From an uncultured Eubacteriales bacterium (GTDB taxonomy: Bacteria; Bacillota_I; Bacilli_A; RFN20; CAG-826): a DNA stretch of 64,000 nt. Below are positions 17,736-26,446 of the stretch, piece after piece. Each line of letters begins with the position of its first letter. Position 1 is the stretch's first letter. The notes under the pieces were generated by a model. That model was not told the DNA's origin. It did no database searches and saw nothing but the letters and a program-made list of their open reading frames with translations. The stretch lies in the NCBI GenBank assembly GCA_963652335.1, contig CAVJSS010000003.1, positions 786-64,785 on the forward strand, written 5' to 3'. The position numbers and the translations under genes are program-made.

Positions 17736-19709
17736 ATGTCTAAGGAATTCGATAAGATCGACGAAAAAGCGATCGCAACATTAAGAGCGTTGATAATCGA
17801 TGAGGTCAACAAAGCCAATTCGGGGCACCCTGGGATGGCTTTGGACGTCGCCCCGTTCCTTTATTTGCTTTATCGGAATCATTTGATAGCCGACCCTTCA
17901 GATCCAAATTGGTTCAATAGGGATAGATTCATTTTATCGTCCGGGCATATTTCGGATGCTTTGTACGCGATCCTCCATTTGGCGGGATATGACGTTAGCA
18001 TCGACGATTTGAAGGCATTCCGCCAATTCGGGGGCAAAACGCCCGGCCACCCAGAAGTGGGAGTCACTCCTGGAGTAGACGTTTCCGGCGGGCCTTTGGG
18101 GATGGGGTTAGCCCAATCCATCGGCTTTGCGATGGCCGAAGCCCATATCGCCGCTTCCTATGTCGATGGGGAAAAGCTTTGCAGCCATAAGACCTATTGC
18201 CTTTGCGGCGATGGGTGTTTGGAAGAAGGCGTTTCCCAAGAAGCCATCTCCTTGGCCGGCATCCAAAAGCTCAACAACCTCATTTTGGTTTATGATGCGA
18301 ACGGCTCGACTTTGGATGGACCAACCTCCAATTCGATGAAAGAGAACGTCGCTTTGCGTTTCGAATCAGCCAACTGGGACACTTACGAAGTGATGGACGG
18401 AAACGACCTGGAAGCTTTGAGCAAAGCTTTGAATAAAGCCAAAGAATCCAAAGAAAAGCCATCTGTCATCATCGTCCATTCCGTTATCGGCTACGGGACC
18501 AAGCTAGCCGGCAGCAACAAAGCCCATGGTTCGCCTCTGGGCGAAGAGATGGGGAATGAGGCCAAAGCCTTCTATGGGTATGATTTGCCTCCATTTACCG
18601 TCGAGCAAGAAATCTATGACCGCTTGAAGGAAACGTTCGCTTTGCGTGGCAAAAAAGCCCATGAAGCCTATGAAAACGGCTTAAAAGAATATGAAAAAGA
18701 ACATAAGGGGGAATATGAGAGATTCCTTAGCGCATTGAATCCTGACATGGATGGGCTTTTGAAAGGATTCGTCCCAAATGAATTCAAAACGGACGCCTCG
18801 AGGAATTCTTCCGGAAGGATAGTGGCCAAATTGGGGGATTTCGTCCCATTTAGCTTCGGTGGTTCGGCCGATGTGGCCGGATCCGTCAAAACGGCGATCC
18901 CAAACGATCCGTCTTTTTCCAAAGAACATAGAGAAGCAAGGAACATGAATTTCGGCATCCGCGAATTCGCGATGGCCTCGATCCAAAACGGGATGTTGCT
19001 CCATAAGGGAGTCAGAACCTACGTCGGATCCTTCTTGGTCTTCTCGGATTACATGAAATCGGCGATCCGCATGTCGGCTTTGGAAGAAGTCCCGGCCATC
19101 TATCTTTTCTCCCACGATTCAATCGCGGTTGGGGAGGATGGGCCGACGCATGAGCCTATCGAACACATCCAAGCTTTGCGCGACATCCCTAATTCGGTGG
19201 TCATCCGCCCAGCGGACGAAAGGGAAACCTACGCCGCTTGGATTTCGGCTTTAAAAAGCGAAAAGACCCCGACTTCCATCATTTTAAGCAGGCAGAATCT
19301 TCCTTCGTTGGATAATTCATCGATCGAAAAAACCCTTAAAGGCGGATATATCTTAGACAAAAACGATAAAGCGACTTATCAATTGCTGGCTTCTGGATCG
19401 GAAGTCTCTTTGGCCAAAGAAGTCAGAAACATCCTAATAAAAGAAGGAATCGAATTGGAAATCGTTTCTATCCCAAGCATCAATCTGTTCTTGAAACAAG
19501 ATAAGGAATACCAAGATTCCGTTCTTCGTTTGCCTAAGGAAAAGAGAATCGCTTTGGAGATGGGAGTCCCAAGCGGTTGGTACCGTTTCGCCGATAATGT
19601 CTATGGAATCGAAAGATTCGGCGCTTCGGCCCCGATGAAGGATCTCATCAAGCATTATGGCTTTGAGCCGGAAACGGTCGCTTCCTTTGTCAGAAACATC
19701 GTCAAATAA
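17736..19709 (+). CDS. tkt: transketolase
   Basis: TPP-binding motifs (SGHPGMALD, GDGCLEEG), GEDGPTHEP, and an SD (GGAGG) upstream; 657 aa. Confidence 0.96.
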   Translation: MSKEFDKIDEKAIATLRALIIDEVNKANSGHPGMALDVAPFLYLLYRNHLIADPSDPNWFNRDRFILSSGHISDALYAILHLAGYDVSIDDLKAFRQFGGKTPGHPEVGVTPGVDVSGGPLGMGLAQSIGFAMAEAHIAASYVDGEKLCSHKTYCLCGDGCLEEGVSQEAISLAGIQKLNNLILVYDANGSTLDGPTSNSMKENVALRFESANWDTYEVMDGNDLEALSKALNKAKESKEKPSVIIVHSVIGYGTKLAGSNKAHGSPLGEEMGNEAKAFYGYDLPPFTVEQEIYDRLKETFALRGKKAHEAYENGLKEYEKEHKGEYERFLSALNPDMDGLLKGFVPNEFKTDASRNSSGRIVAKLGDFVPFSFGGSADVAGSVKTAIPNDPSFSKEHREARNMNFGIREFAMASIQNGMLLHKGVRTYVGSFLVFSDYMKSAIRMSALEEVPAIYLFSHDSIAVGEDGPTHEPIEHIQALRDIPNSVVIRPADERETYAAWISALKSEKTPTSIILSRQNLPSLDNSSIEKTLKGGYILDKNDKATYQLLASGSEVSLAKEVRNILIKEGIELEIVSIPSINLFLKQDKEYQDSVLRLPKEKRIALEMGVPSGWYRFADNVYGIERFGASAPMKDLIKHYGFEPETVASFVRNIVK

Positions 19710-19728
19710 ACCTTTTGAGAGGAAAACT

Positions 19729-20073
19729 ATGAAAAGTGGCTACGTAGCGATAAACAACTATAACCGCAAAGGAGAGATCGGCATCTCCCGTTTGTGTTTG
19801 GAAAAGATCGTCAAAAGGACGGTCGATAGCGTCCCGGGCGCCAAATTGGACGTCAAAAGCCGGAAGAAATGGCTTTTCGACTGGGACGAGAAAATGAGCA
19901 TCGTCATCCATAAAAACGAGCAGGTCGAAGTCTTTTTGAAAGTCGTCATCAAAAGCGACACCAACGTCCAAAACGTCTGCCTTAACATCCAGCAGGAAGT
20001 GACTTCTGCCATTGCTTTGATGTGCGAGACGGTCCCATTGAAAGTCTCTATCAAGGTCGTCGGCATCAGATAA
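19729..20073 (+). CDS. Asp23/Gls24 family envelope-stress protein (YqhY-like)
   Basis: Start at ATG 19729 (MKSGYVAINNY...GISRLCLEKIV) after GAGAGGAAAA. Its position directly upstream of nusB matches B. subtilis yqhY. Confidence 0.8.
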   Translation: MKSGYVAINNYNRKGEIGISRLCLEKIVKRTVDSVPGAKLDVKSRKKWLFDWDEKMSIVIHKNEQVEVFLKVVIKSDTNVQNVCLNIQQEVTSAIALMCETVPLKVSIKVVGIR

Positions 20074-20135
20074 GCCTTCCTCCTTAATAAGGAGATGTGA
20101 TAAGATAAGCGCCGGAAAAAACGGCATTGAGGAAA

Positions 20136-20549
20136 ATGAAAGATTATTCGAGAAACAAAATCCAGGAACTGAGCGCCATAGCCCTTTACGATGTCCTCAC
20201 CTATAGCCACATGGGGGAGGAGGTCGACGTAAAGGAGATTTTGGAAAACGTTTTCGATATGCCTTTCTCCGATATCCCATTGTTCGCCAAAGAAATAATC
20301 GTCAATTTCATCCGTTACCAAGACGAAGAGATCGAATTGATCCAAAAGAACATGAAGAATTGGACCTTCGATCGGTTGAATAGGGTGGAACAAGCCATTC
20401 TTTTGCTTTCTTTGACCAATTATTACCATCGCGATGAAAAGACCGACAAAAAGGTCATAATCTCGATCGCTTTGGAATTGGCGCATAAATATTTGGATGA
20501 TGGACGTTACAAATTCATCAACGCCATTTTGGATAACATATTGCGATAA
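20136..20549 (+). CDS. nusB: transcription antitermination factor NusB
   Basis: MKDYSRNKIQELSAIALYDVL..., NusB fold length. A TTG at 20127 is an alternative start. Confidence 0.88.
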   Translation: MKDYSRNKIQELSAIALYDVLTYSHMGEEVDVKEILENVFDMPFSDIPLFAKEIIVNFIRYQDEEIELIQKNMKNWTFDRLNRVEQAILLLSLTNYYHRDEKTDKKVIISIALELAHKYLDDGRYKFINAILDNILR

Positions 20550-21760
20550 TGATCGAGCCAAAACGTCCCTTTTACAGCGTCACCGACATCAATCTCTTGG
20601 CCAAAGGGATCTTAGAAAGGGTCCCTGAACTCAATTTCGTTTCGGTCAGAGGGGAGATATCCTCTTATAAAGAATACCCAAGCGCCGTCTATTTCGATAT
20701 CAAGGATCAAAAATCGACCCTTACCTGCGTTATGTGGGGGAGTTATGCCAATAGAATGACCTTTAAGCCCAAAGTTGGCGATGAAGTCATCGTTTTTGGC
20801 TCGGTTTCCCTCTATGCCCAAAAAGGCAGATACCAATTCAACGCGATGTCTTTGTCTCTCTTTGGCCAAGGGGAGGCCTTATTAGCCTTAAAAGCACTCA
20901 AAGAGAAGCTTCAAAAAGAAGGCTTGTTCGATCAAGAAAGAAAGAAAAAGATACCTCCTTTCCCTTCTTCCGTTGGAATAGTGGTTGGGAAGGATTCCGC
21001 CGCCGAGGCGGATCTTAAAACCAACATCCTTAGACGCTGGCCGATAGCTAAGCTCCATATCTATCACGCCTTGGTCCAAGGGAAAAACGCCGCCGAAGAC
21101 ATCGTCAAAGCTTTGAAAAAGGCCTCGGAAGATAAGCTGGATACCTTGATTTTGGCTAGAGGCGGGGGATCCAACGACGATTTGGATGCCTTCAACGACG
21201 AAAGGGTCGTTAGGGCTTTCGCGGCCGTTATGATCCCGAAAATCGCCGCAGTGGGGCATGAGATAGATTTCACCTTGGTCGATTATGCGGCAGATAAAAG
21301 AGTATCCACCCCAACCGGGGCCGCCGAAGCCGCAACGCCAGACCAAAACGAGATTTATATGAATTTATTGGACACCGGATCTTCGCTTGTTTCCTATATG
21401 AAGGGGCGGATTCAAAAAGAAGAAGCCAGATTGTCTTCGTTGGCCAATCGGGCGATATTCTTAAGTCCGGCATCGATGTATCAAAAAGGGGAAGAAAAGC
21501 TTTCATCCTTTGAAAAAAGGCTGGAATTGTCCTTCAAAACCATCTTGCTTAAAAAAGAAGGCAAGTTGGATGCTTTGGAATCCAAATTAAACGGCTTAGA
21601 TCATCATAAACTCTTAAAAAGAGGATATTCCTTGGTCTATGACGATAAAGGGAATATCGTTAAGTCGGTAAAAGACGTGGAAGTCGGATCGAAGATCGTG
21701 ACTCATTTGAAAGATGGAAAGATCACCTCGGTGGTCGAAGGAGACGAATATGGAGAATAA
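20549..21760 (+). CDS. xseA: exodeoxyribonuclease VII large subunit
   Basis: OB-fold N-terminus (VSVRGEISSYKEYPSAVYFDIKD), the ARGGGS motif, and a coiled-coil C-terminus. The TAATG overlaps nusB. Confidence 0.95.
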   Translation: MIEPKRPFYSVTDINLLAKGILERVPELNFVSVRGEISSYKEYPSAVYFDIKDQKSTLTCVMWGSYANRMTFKPKVGDEVIVFGSVSLYAQKGRYQFNAMSLSLFGQGEALLALKALKEKLQKEGLFDQERKKKIPPFPSSVGIVVGKDSAAEADLKTNILRRWPIAKLHIYHALVQGKNAAEDIVKALKKASEDKLDTLILARGGGSNDDLDAFNDERVVRAFAAVMIPKIAAVGHEIDFTLVDYAADKRVSTPTGAAEAATPDQNEIYMNLLDTGSSLVSYMKGRIQKEEARLSSLANRAIFLSPASMYQKGEEKLSSFEKRLELSFKTILLKKEGKLDALESKLNGLDHHKLLKRGYSLVYDDKGNIVKSVKDVEVGSKIVTHLKDGKITSVVEGDEYGE

Positions 21761-21941
21761 GATCGATTTCGAAAAGGAATTGGCCCGTTTGGAGGAAATC
21801 GTCGATAAGATCGAATCCGGGGTTATTCCTTTAGAAGAAAGCATTTCCCTTTTCGAGGAAGGTCAAAAGATCATCGCCTCTTTGAAAGGGGCGTTGGAAG
21901 ACGCCAAAGCCGCCATTGAAAAATACACGGCGGAAAAATAA
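21750..21941 (+). CDS. xseB: exodeoxyribonuclease VII small subunit
   Basis: MENKIDFEKELARLEEIVDKIESG..PLEESI..FEEG is canonical XseB; overlaps the xseA end by 11 nt. Confidence 0.93.
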   Translation: MENKIDFEKELARLEEIVDKIESGVIPLEESISLFEEGQKIIASLKGALEDAKAAIEKYTAEK

Positions 21942-22172
21942 AACCATCGGCCTTTTTAATTGTCCGGTATCGTTTTGATGGCAAACGACCAGAAAATAGC
22001 GTTTCATGATTTTTCGGCAATTTCGTTGCTCATCAAACAATATGGCTCCATCCCCAATGAATCAGAGACTGGTTTTGCCACTTGTTCGGAGATGTGCGTT
22101 TTACGTAAAAGTCGCGCATTCTTAATGCATTTTCCTTTATATCCCCTGATTTGGTTAACATAATATATTCGT

Positions 22173-23375
22173 ATGGCCAAGATCATCATGCATATCGATT
22201 TAAATGCCTTCTTCGCTTCGGCTGAGCAGTTAAGAGACCCATCAACAAAAGGGAAACCTCTGGCAGTGGGCGGTTATGGATACAGGGCAGTCATCTCGAC
22301 CGCCTCTTACGAAGCCCGCAAATACGGCGTTCATTCGGCTCAGCCCACCTATCAAGCCTTGAAACTGTGCCCAAATCTCATCCTTAAGCCGGTAGATTTC
22401 AGATATTATGGGATCTTGTCAAATTCGTTCTTCGCTTATTTGGAGAAATATTCCCGTTTGGTAGAGCCGGTTTCCATCGATGAGGGATTCGTCGATATGA
22501 CTGCGCGCCTAAAGAACGAGAAAGACCCGATGTCGGTCTTAAATGAAATCCAACAAGGCTTATTGAAAGATATCGGCTTGCCATGTTCCATTGGCGTCGG
22601 TCCGAACAAATTCTTGGCCAAGATGGCTTCCGATATGAAAAAGCCGATGGGTATCACCATCCTAAGGAGAAAAGACCTTGAAGCCAAATTATATCCGCTT
22701 CCTATCGAGGATTTCTTTGGCATTGGGAAGCAATCGTCGGCCAGATTGAAAGAGAGATTCTCCATCGAAACCATCGGTGATTTGAAGAAAATGACCGATA
22801 AAGACGATCGCGAATTGATCAAATTCTTCGGCAAACAATATGAATGCATCAAGCAACATGTCAATGGCTATGGCGATGATGTGGTGGACCCCTCTCCAAG
22901 AGATCCGAAATCGATTGGAAGAAGCATCACCCTTTCTTCCGACACCGACGATCTCGAAGAGATATACGCCGTCTTCGAATCGATGGCCCATGAAATCATT
23001 TGCGAATTGAGCAAATACAAGAAAGCCTCCAAAACGGTGGATGTCACTCTCAGGGATCCGGATTTCGTGACCAAATCCAAATCTATGACCTATAAAGAAC
23101 CGATAAAGACCGAAAAAGAGCTATTGGAGGCCGCCAAAAGCATCTACAAAGCCAATTTCGGCAACAAAATGGTACGTTTGGTGGGTTTGACCCTCCAAAA
23201 TCTCTATGATCCGAAACAAGAAGCCATCCAAATGTCGTTTTGGAATTATTCGGATTACGAAGAAGGCGATAAAACGCGTCTTATCATCTCCAAGATGAAC
23301 CAATTGATGGAGAAAAAATACGATAAGCCTTTGTTAATGCGAGGCAGCGAGGCAAAGAAAAATGGAGATAAGTAA
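22173..23375 (+). CDS. dinB: DNA polymerase IV (Y-family)
   Basis: MHIDLNAFFASAEQ, SIDEGFVDMT, and the little-finger domain. There is no SD; CATAAT lies at 22159-22164, 8 nt upstream of the ATG. Confidence 0.95.
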   Translation: MAKIIMHIDLNAFFASAEQLRDPSTKGKPLAVGGYGYRAVISTASYEARKYGVHSAQPTYQALKLCPNLILKPVDFRYYGILSNSFFAYLEKYSRLVEPVSIDEGFVDMTARLKNEKDPMSVLNEIQQGLLKDIGLPCSIGVGPNKFLAKMASDMKKPMGITILRRKDLEAKLYPLPIEDFFGIGKQSSARLKERFSIETIGDLKKMTDKDDRELIKFFGKQYECIKQHVNGYGDDVVDPSPRDPKSIGRSITLSSDTDDLEEIYAVFESMAHEIICELSKYKKASKTVDVTLRDPDFVTKSKSMTYKEPIKTEKELLEAAKSIYKANFGNKMVRLVGLTLQNLYDPKQEAIQMSFWNYSDYEEGDKTRLIISKMNQLMEKKYDKPLLMRGSEAKKNGDK

Positions 23376-24243
23376 GGCAGAAGAGCTCTATTGGCAATAT
23401 CTCCGCGTGGAGAAAGGCCTTGGGGCGATGACCATTAAGGATTATAAGGAAGATTTGACCCTCTTTTTCCGCGAATTCCCAGACATAGCCGACACTTCCG
23501 ATTTGAAAATCATCTATATAACCGACTTTATGACGGTACAATCGGAAGCCGGATTGTCGGCGCCCACCATCTTAAGAAGGTTGTCCGCTACCAGGAATTT
23601 TTTCTTGTTCCTCTCTAGCGAGAAAATCATCGATTTGGATATTCCTAAGCTAAAAGGGCCGAAACTGCCGAAGAAATTGCCTCTGGTTATGACCGAAGAA
23701 GAGGTCGATGACCTTTTGGAAGCCCCGGATATGAGCAAAAAAGGCGGGATCAGGGATCGGGCGATGTTGGAGGTTATGTATTCCTCTGGCTTACGCGTCT
23801 CCGAATTGGTTTCGTTGAAACTGAAGCAAATCGATTTTGAGAACGGGACCATAACGATAATCGGAAAAGGGAACAAGCAACGTTCCATCCCTATCGGGGA
23901 ATTCGCCATGGAATATCTAAGCAAATATATCGATGAGGTCCGTTCCAAAAGCCGTTTCAGAAAGAGCAATTATGTCTTCCTAAACAAAAATGGCGAGCCG
24001 ATAAGCCGCATTTATTTTTGGAAGCAGATAAAAGCCTACGCCGAAAAAGCCGGCATCGACAAAGACATAAGCCCCCACACCTTAAGGCATTGCTTTGCCA
24101 CCCATTTATTGGAAAACGGGGCAGATTTGAGGATGGTACAGGAGATGCTTGGCCATTCCAACATCGCCACCACCCAGATTTATACGCATGTTTCTAGCAA
24201 ACGTATCATGAGCGCCTATGATAAATACGGGTTGCGCAAATAA
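23362..24243 (+). CDS. xerD: tyrosine site-specific recombinase XerD-type
   Basis: The R..H-R-H..Y catalytic set is present (GLRVSEL, HTLRHCFATHLLENGADLRMVQEMLGHSNIATTQIYTHV). It sits upstream of deoB, like B. subtilis ripX, and 1.6 kb from the dif-like site. Confidence 0.85.
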   Translation: MEISKAEELYWQYLRVEKGLGAMTIKDYKEDLTLFFREFPDIADTSDLKIIYITDFMTVQSEAGLSAPTILRRLSATRNFFLFLSSEKIIDLDIPKLKGPKLPKKLPLVMTEEEVDDLLEAPDMSKKGGIRDRAMLEVMYSSGLRVSELVSLKLKQIDFENGTITIIGKGNKQRSIPIGEFAMEYLSKYIDEVRSKSRFRKSNYVFLNKNGEPISRIYFWKQIKAYAEKAGIDKDISPHTLRHCFATHLLENGADLRMVQEMLGHSNIATTQIYTHVSSKRIMSAYDKYGLRK

Positions 24244-24284
24244 AAGAAAAACCCATAACGATTGATTCTAGGAGGAAAAACAAA

Positions 24285-25487
24285 ATGGCCAAACGTTTCA
24301 AAAGGATATTCTTGATAATCGCCGACTCTGCCGGCATCGGTGAGGGGCCAGACGCCGCTAAATTCGGTGACGTCGGATCGAATACCTGGGTCCACGCCGC
24401 CGAATCTGTCGGAGGAATCAATTGCCCAACTATGGAAATGATGGGAATCGGAGAATTGGCGGGCATAAAGGGCATTAAGCCTATCCGCGACCACCCAAAC
24501 AGCTATGTTATGTGTTGCCAAGAGAAATCCAACGGCAAAGACACGATGACCGGGCATTGGGAGATGATGGGGGTGGAGACCAAAGTCCCATTCAAGACCT
24601 TCACCGACACCGGGTTTCCAAAAGAGTTGATCGATGAATTGGAAAAAAGAACCGGTCATAAAGTGATTGGCAATTACGCCGCATCGGGAACCGAAATATT
24701 GAAGCGATTAGGCGAAGAGCAATGCAAGGAAAATTCCCTTATCGTATATACTTCCAGCGATTCGGTCCTTCAAATATGCGGACATGAAGAAGTCTTGGGA
24801 CTAAATGAATTGTATCGTTGCTGCGAAATCGCCCGCGAATTGTGCATGAAACCGGAATGGAGAGTCGGACGCGTGATTGCCCGTCCATATGTCGGGACCG
24901 ATAGAACCAACTTCAAAAGAACCCCGCATAGGCACGACTACGCCTTGAAACCACCTGTCGAGACTGATATGAACGTCTTGATGGATAATGGATATATGAC
25001 TAGCTGCGTTGGCAAGATAAGGGATATCTTCGATGGATATGGCGTCACCAAAACCGTTTCCACGATTTCAAACGAAGATGGGATGGATAAGACCATAGAT
25101 CAGCTCAAAAACGAAGATTGGGAAGGATTGTGCTTCGTCAATTTAGTCGAATTCGATTCCGAATATGGACATAGGAGAAATCCAGTGGGGTATGCAAGAG
25201 CTTTGGAAGCTTTCGATAAACGCATCAAAGAATTTATCGAAAACATGAAAGAAGATGATTTGCTTCTAATCTCGGCGGATCACGGAAATGACCCAACCTT
25301 CAAAGGAACTGACCATACCAGGGAAAAGATTCCTTTGCTAGCGTATTCCCCATCATATAAAAACGGGAAGAGGCTGGATAATAGGCTTAGCTTCGGAGAC
25401 ATTGGAGCGACCCTATTGGATAATTTCAATCTTAAAAAACCAAGCAATCTGATTGGGACCGCAATTGATGAATTGATAAAAGACTAA
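24285..25487 (+). CDS. deoB: phosphopentomutase
   Basis: MAKRFKRIFLIIADSAGIGE..., the metal-binding DHGNDPT motif, and an SD (AGGAGG) upstream; 400 aa. Confidence 0.95.
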   Translation: MAKRFKRIFLIIADSAGIGEGPDAAKFGDVGSNTWVHAAESVGGINCPTMEMMGIGELAGIKGIKPIRDHPNSYVMCCQEKSNGKDTMTGHWEMMGVETKVPFKTFTDTGFPKELIDELEKRTGHKVIGNYAASGTEILKRLGEEQCKENSLIVYTSSDSVLQICGHEEVLGLNELYRCCEIARELCMKPEWRVGRVIARPYVGTDRTNFKRTPHRHDYALKPPVETDMNVLMDNGYMTSCVGKIRDIFDGYGVTKTVSTISNEDGMDKTIDQLKNEDWEGLCFVNLVEFDSEYGHRRNPVGYARALEAFDKRIKEFIENMKEDDLLLISADHGNDPTFKGTDHTREKIPLLAYSPSYKNGKRLDNRLSFGDIGATLLDNFNLKKPSNLIGTAIDELIKD

Positions 25488-25503
25488 GAAAAAATCAATC
25501 AAG

Positions 25504-25535
25504 AAAAGCAACGTCAAAAGCGTTGTCTTTTTTTG
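25504..25535 (+). terminator. rho-independent terminator after deoB
   Basis: AAAAGCAACG-TCAAAAG-CGTTG(T)CTTTTTTT: a stem with one bulge followed by a T7 run. Confidence 0.7.
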
Positions 25536-25722
25536 ATTTAGATATAGCAATGAAAACAAGCGGTAGGCTTTAAATTGCCGTTTTAATTCCGATAGAACAA
25601 TAAATAAATGAGACATCGAAACATGGCTAAATTCGTCAGTTTCGAGAAATAGATAAAATATATATAACAACGATAAAAATGGCTAAAAAGGAGCGAAAAT
25701 ACCTGTTTTCAAAAATTGTTGC

Positions 25723-25742
25723 TAGTAGTTTATTAGTAGTTT
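25723..25742 (+). repeat. tandem TAGTAGTTT motif (2 copies, 11-bp period)
   Basis: TAGTAGTTTAT-TAGTAGTTT. An inverted copy (AAACTACTACTA) lies at 25927-25938. Further copies lie in other intergenic regions, at 33102-33110 (+) and 43113-43121 (-). Confidence 0.6.
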
Positions 25743-25750
25743 AGAAAATT

Positions 25751-25790
25751 GCTCTGATCTATGTGGAAAACCGGGCTCTGATAATGTGGA
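25751..25790 (+). repeat. imperfect direct repeat GCTCTGAT(N1-2)ATGTGGA x2
   Basis: GCTCTGATCTATGTGGA (25751-25767) and GCTCTGATAATGTGGA (25775-25790). Each contains TGTGGA, which resembles the complement of a DnaA-box core. Confidence 0.6.
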
Positions 25791-25843
25791 CTAGTCTAAC
25801 ATATGTATATCATCTTTAGTATTTGTCGGCTCTTTTTTCTTCT

Positions 25844-25871
25844 TGTTAACATAATGGTCATTATGCGAAGT
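25844..25871. other. dif: candidate dif site (XerC/D chromosome dimer resolution site)
   Basis: TGTTAACATAA-TGGTCA-TTATGCGAAGT has 11-6-11 architecture with the inverted core CATAA-N6-TTATG. Its reverse complement, ACTTCGCATAATGACCATTATGTTAACA, matches 20/28 positions of E. coli dif and 19/28 of B. subtilis dif (reference sequences recalled from memory). It lies in the convergence zone of the two gene-orientation blocks. Confidence 0.6.
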
Positions 25872-26061
25872 GCCTCTTTTCGAAGATTTTACGGTGTGTA
25901 AAAGCAATATGTTTCATTAGGATCAAAAACTACTACTAGAAAAATTGGCCAAAATTTCTTTTTAGTGCGATTGAAAAACAAAAATTTATTTGTTCAAAAA
26001 GCTCGGTTTTATTTTTGCTTAATCAATGAATTCACTATCAATCTCTATTTTGCTTAAGCAT

Positions 26062-26088
26062 AAGAAAAGCCTCGGTTTTATCCGAGGC
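26062..26088 (-). terminator. rho-independent terminator after rsfS
   Basis: On the - strand: GCCTCGG-ATAAAA-CCGAGGC followed by TTTTCTT. Confidence 0.75.
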
Positions 26089-26109
26089 CTATACAGCTTT
26101 AACATTTAT

Positions 26110-26445
26110 CTATCTATTCTTGTTGACGATTTCGATTAAGCGTTCCAATAAGATTTCTTTTCTCTTTTCTTCAGTGAATAGATGGATGACGACTTCGTTG
26201 GCATCCACGATGACCCAGCCTGATTCTGGCTTGCCATCGATTTTCCTAACTGGCTCGTTTTCCTTTAGATAAGCTTCGTCAAGTTGATCGGCTAAGGCGC
26301 CAAGATGGCGGATGTTGCCGGCTGTCGCAATGATGTAATAGTCGGCAAATGGATTAAGATTTTTAACATTTATTATCGATAAGTCTTCAGCCTTGTGCTC
26401 ATTTAGGCACTTCACTGCGACATTCACTTTTCTCGGATAGGCCAT
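26110..26445 (-). CDS. rsfS: ribosome silencing factor RsfS (YbeB/iojap)
   Basis: KAEDLSIINVKNLNPFADYYIIATAGNIRHLGALAD..GWVIVDANEVVIHLF is the canonical RsfS core. Confidence 0.93.
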   Translation of the reverse strand: MAYPRKVNVAVKCLNEHKAEDLSIINVKNLNPFADYYIIATAGNIRHLGALADQLDEAYLKENEPVRKIDGKPESGWVIVDANEVVIHLFTEEKRKEILLERLIEIVNKNR

Positions 26446-26446
26446 T

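Noticed and set aside
19758-20561. A 267-aa antisense ORF spanning the Asp23-family gene, nusB and their spacer.
   Set aside because: It lies opposite two well-supported conserved genes. It has no recognisable motifs or RBS, and its composition is typical of antisense frames.
21942-22172. A LexA (Cheo-box CGAAC-N4-GTTCG) operator upstream of dinB.
   Set aside because: Only a lone GTTCG half-site is present (about 22084), with no matching CGAAC half at the right spacing. No SOS box can be supported.
25617-25778. Short similarities to RNase P RNA conserved segments: AAACATGGCTAA, and GGAAAACCGGGCTC versus GGAAAGUCCGGGCUC.
   Set aside because: The two segments are in the wrong order for the P4 helix and are too close together. 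The surrounding sequence is AT-rich and lacks the rest of the RNase P core. I treat this as coincidence.
25803-25901. A 32-codon hydrophobic ORF (MYIIFSICRLFFLLVNIMVIMRSASFRRFYGV) that resembles a type I toxin.
   Set aside because: It has no SD or convincing promoter. It lies in T-rich DNA, where such ORFs arise by chance, and it overlaps the dif candidate. I saw no antisense RNA features.
25488-26109. Possible oriC, because of DnaA-box-like TGTGGAAAA / TGTGGACTA sequences in an AT-rich gap.
   Set aside because: The flanking genes converge on the gap rather than diverge from it. No dnaA, dnaN or rpmH lies nearby. There are only two weak boxes, and a dif-like site is present. A terminus is the better explanation.
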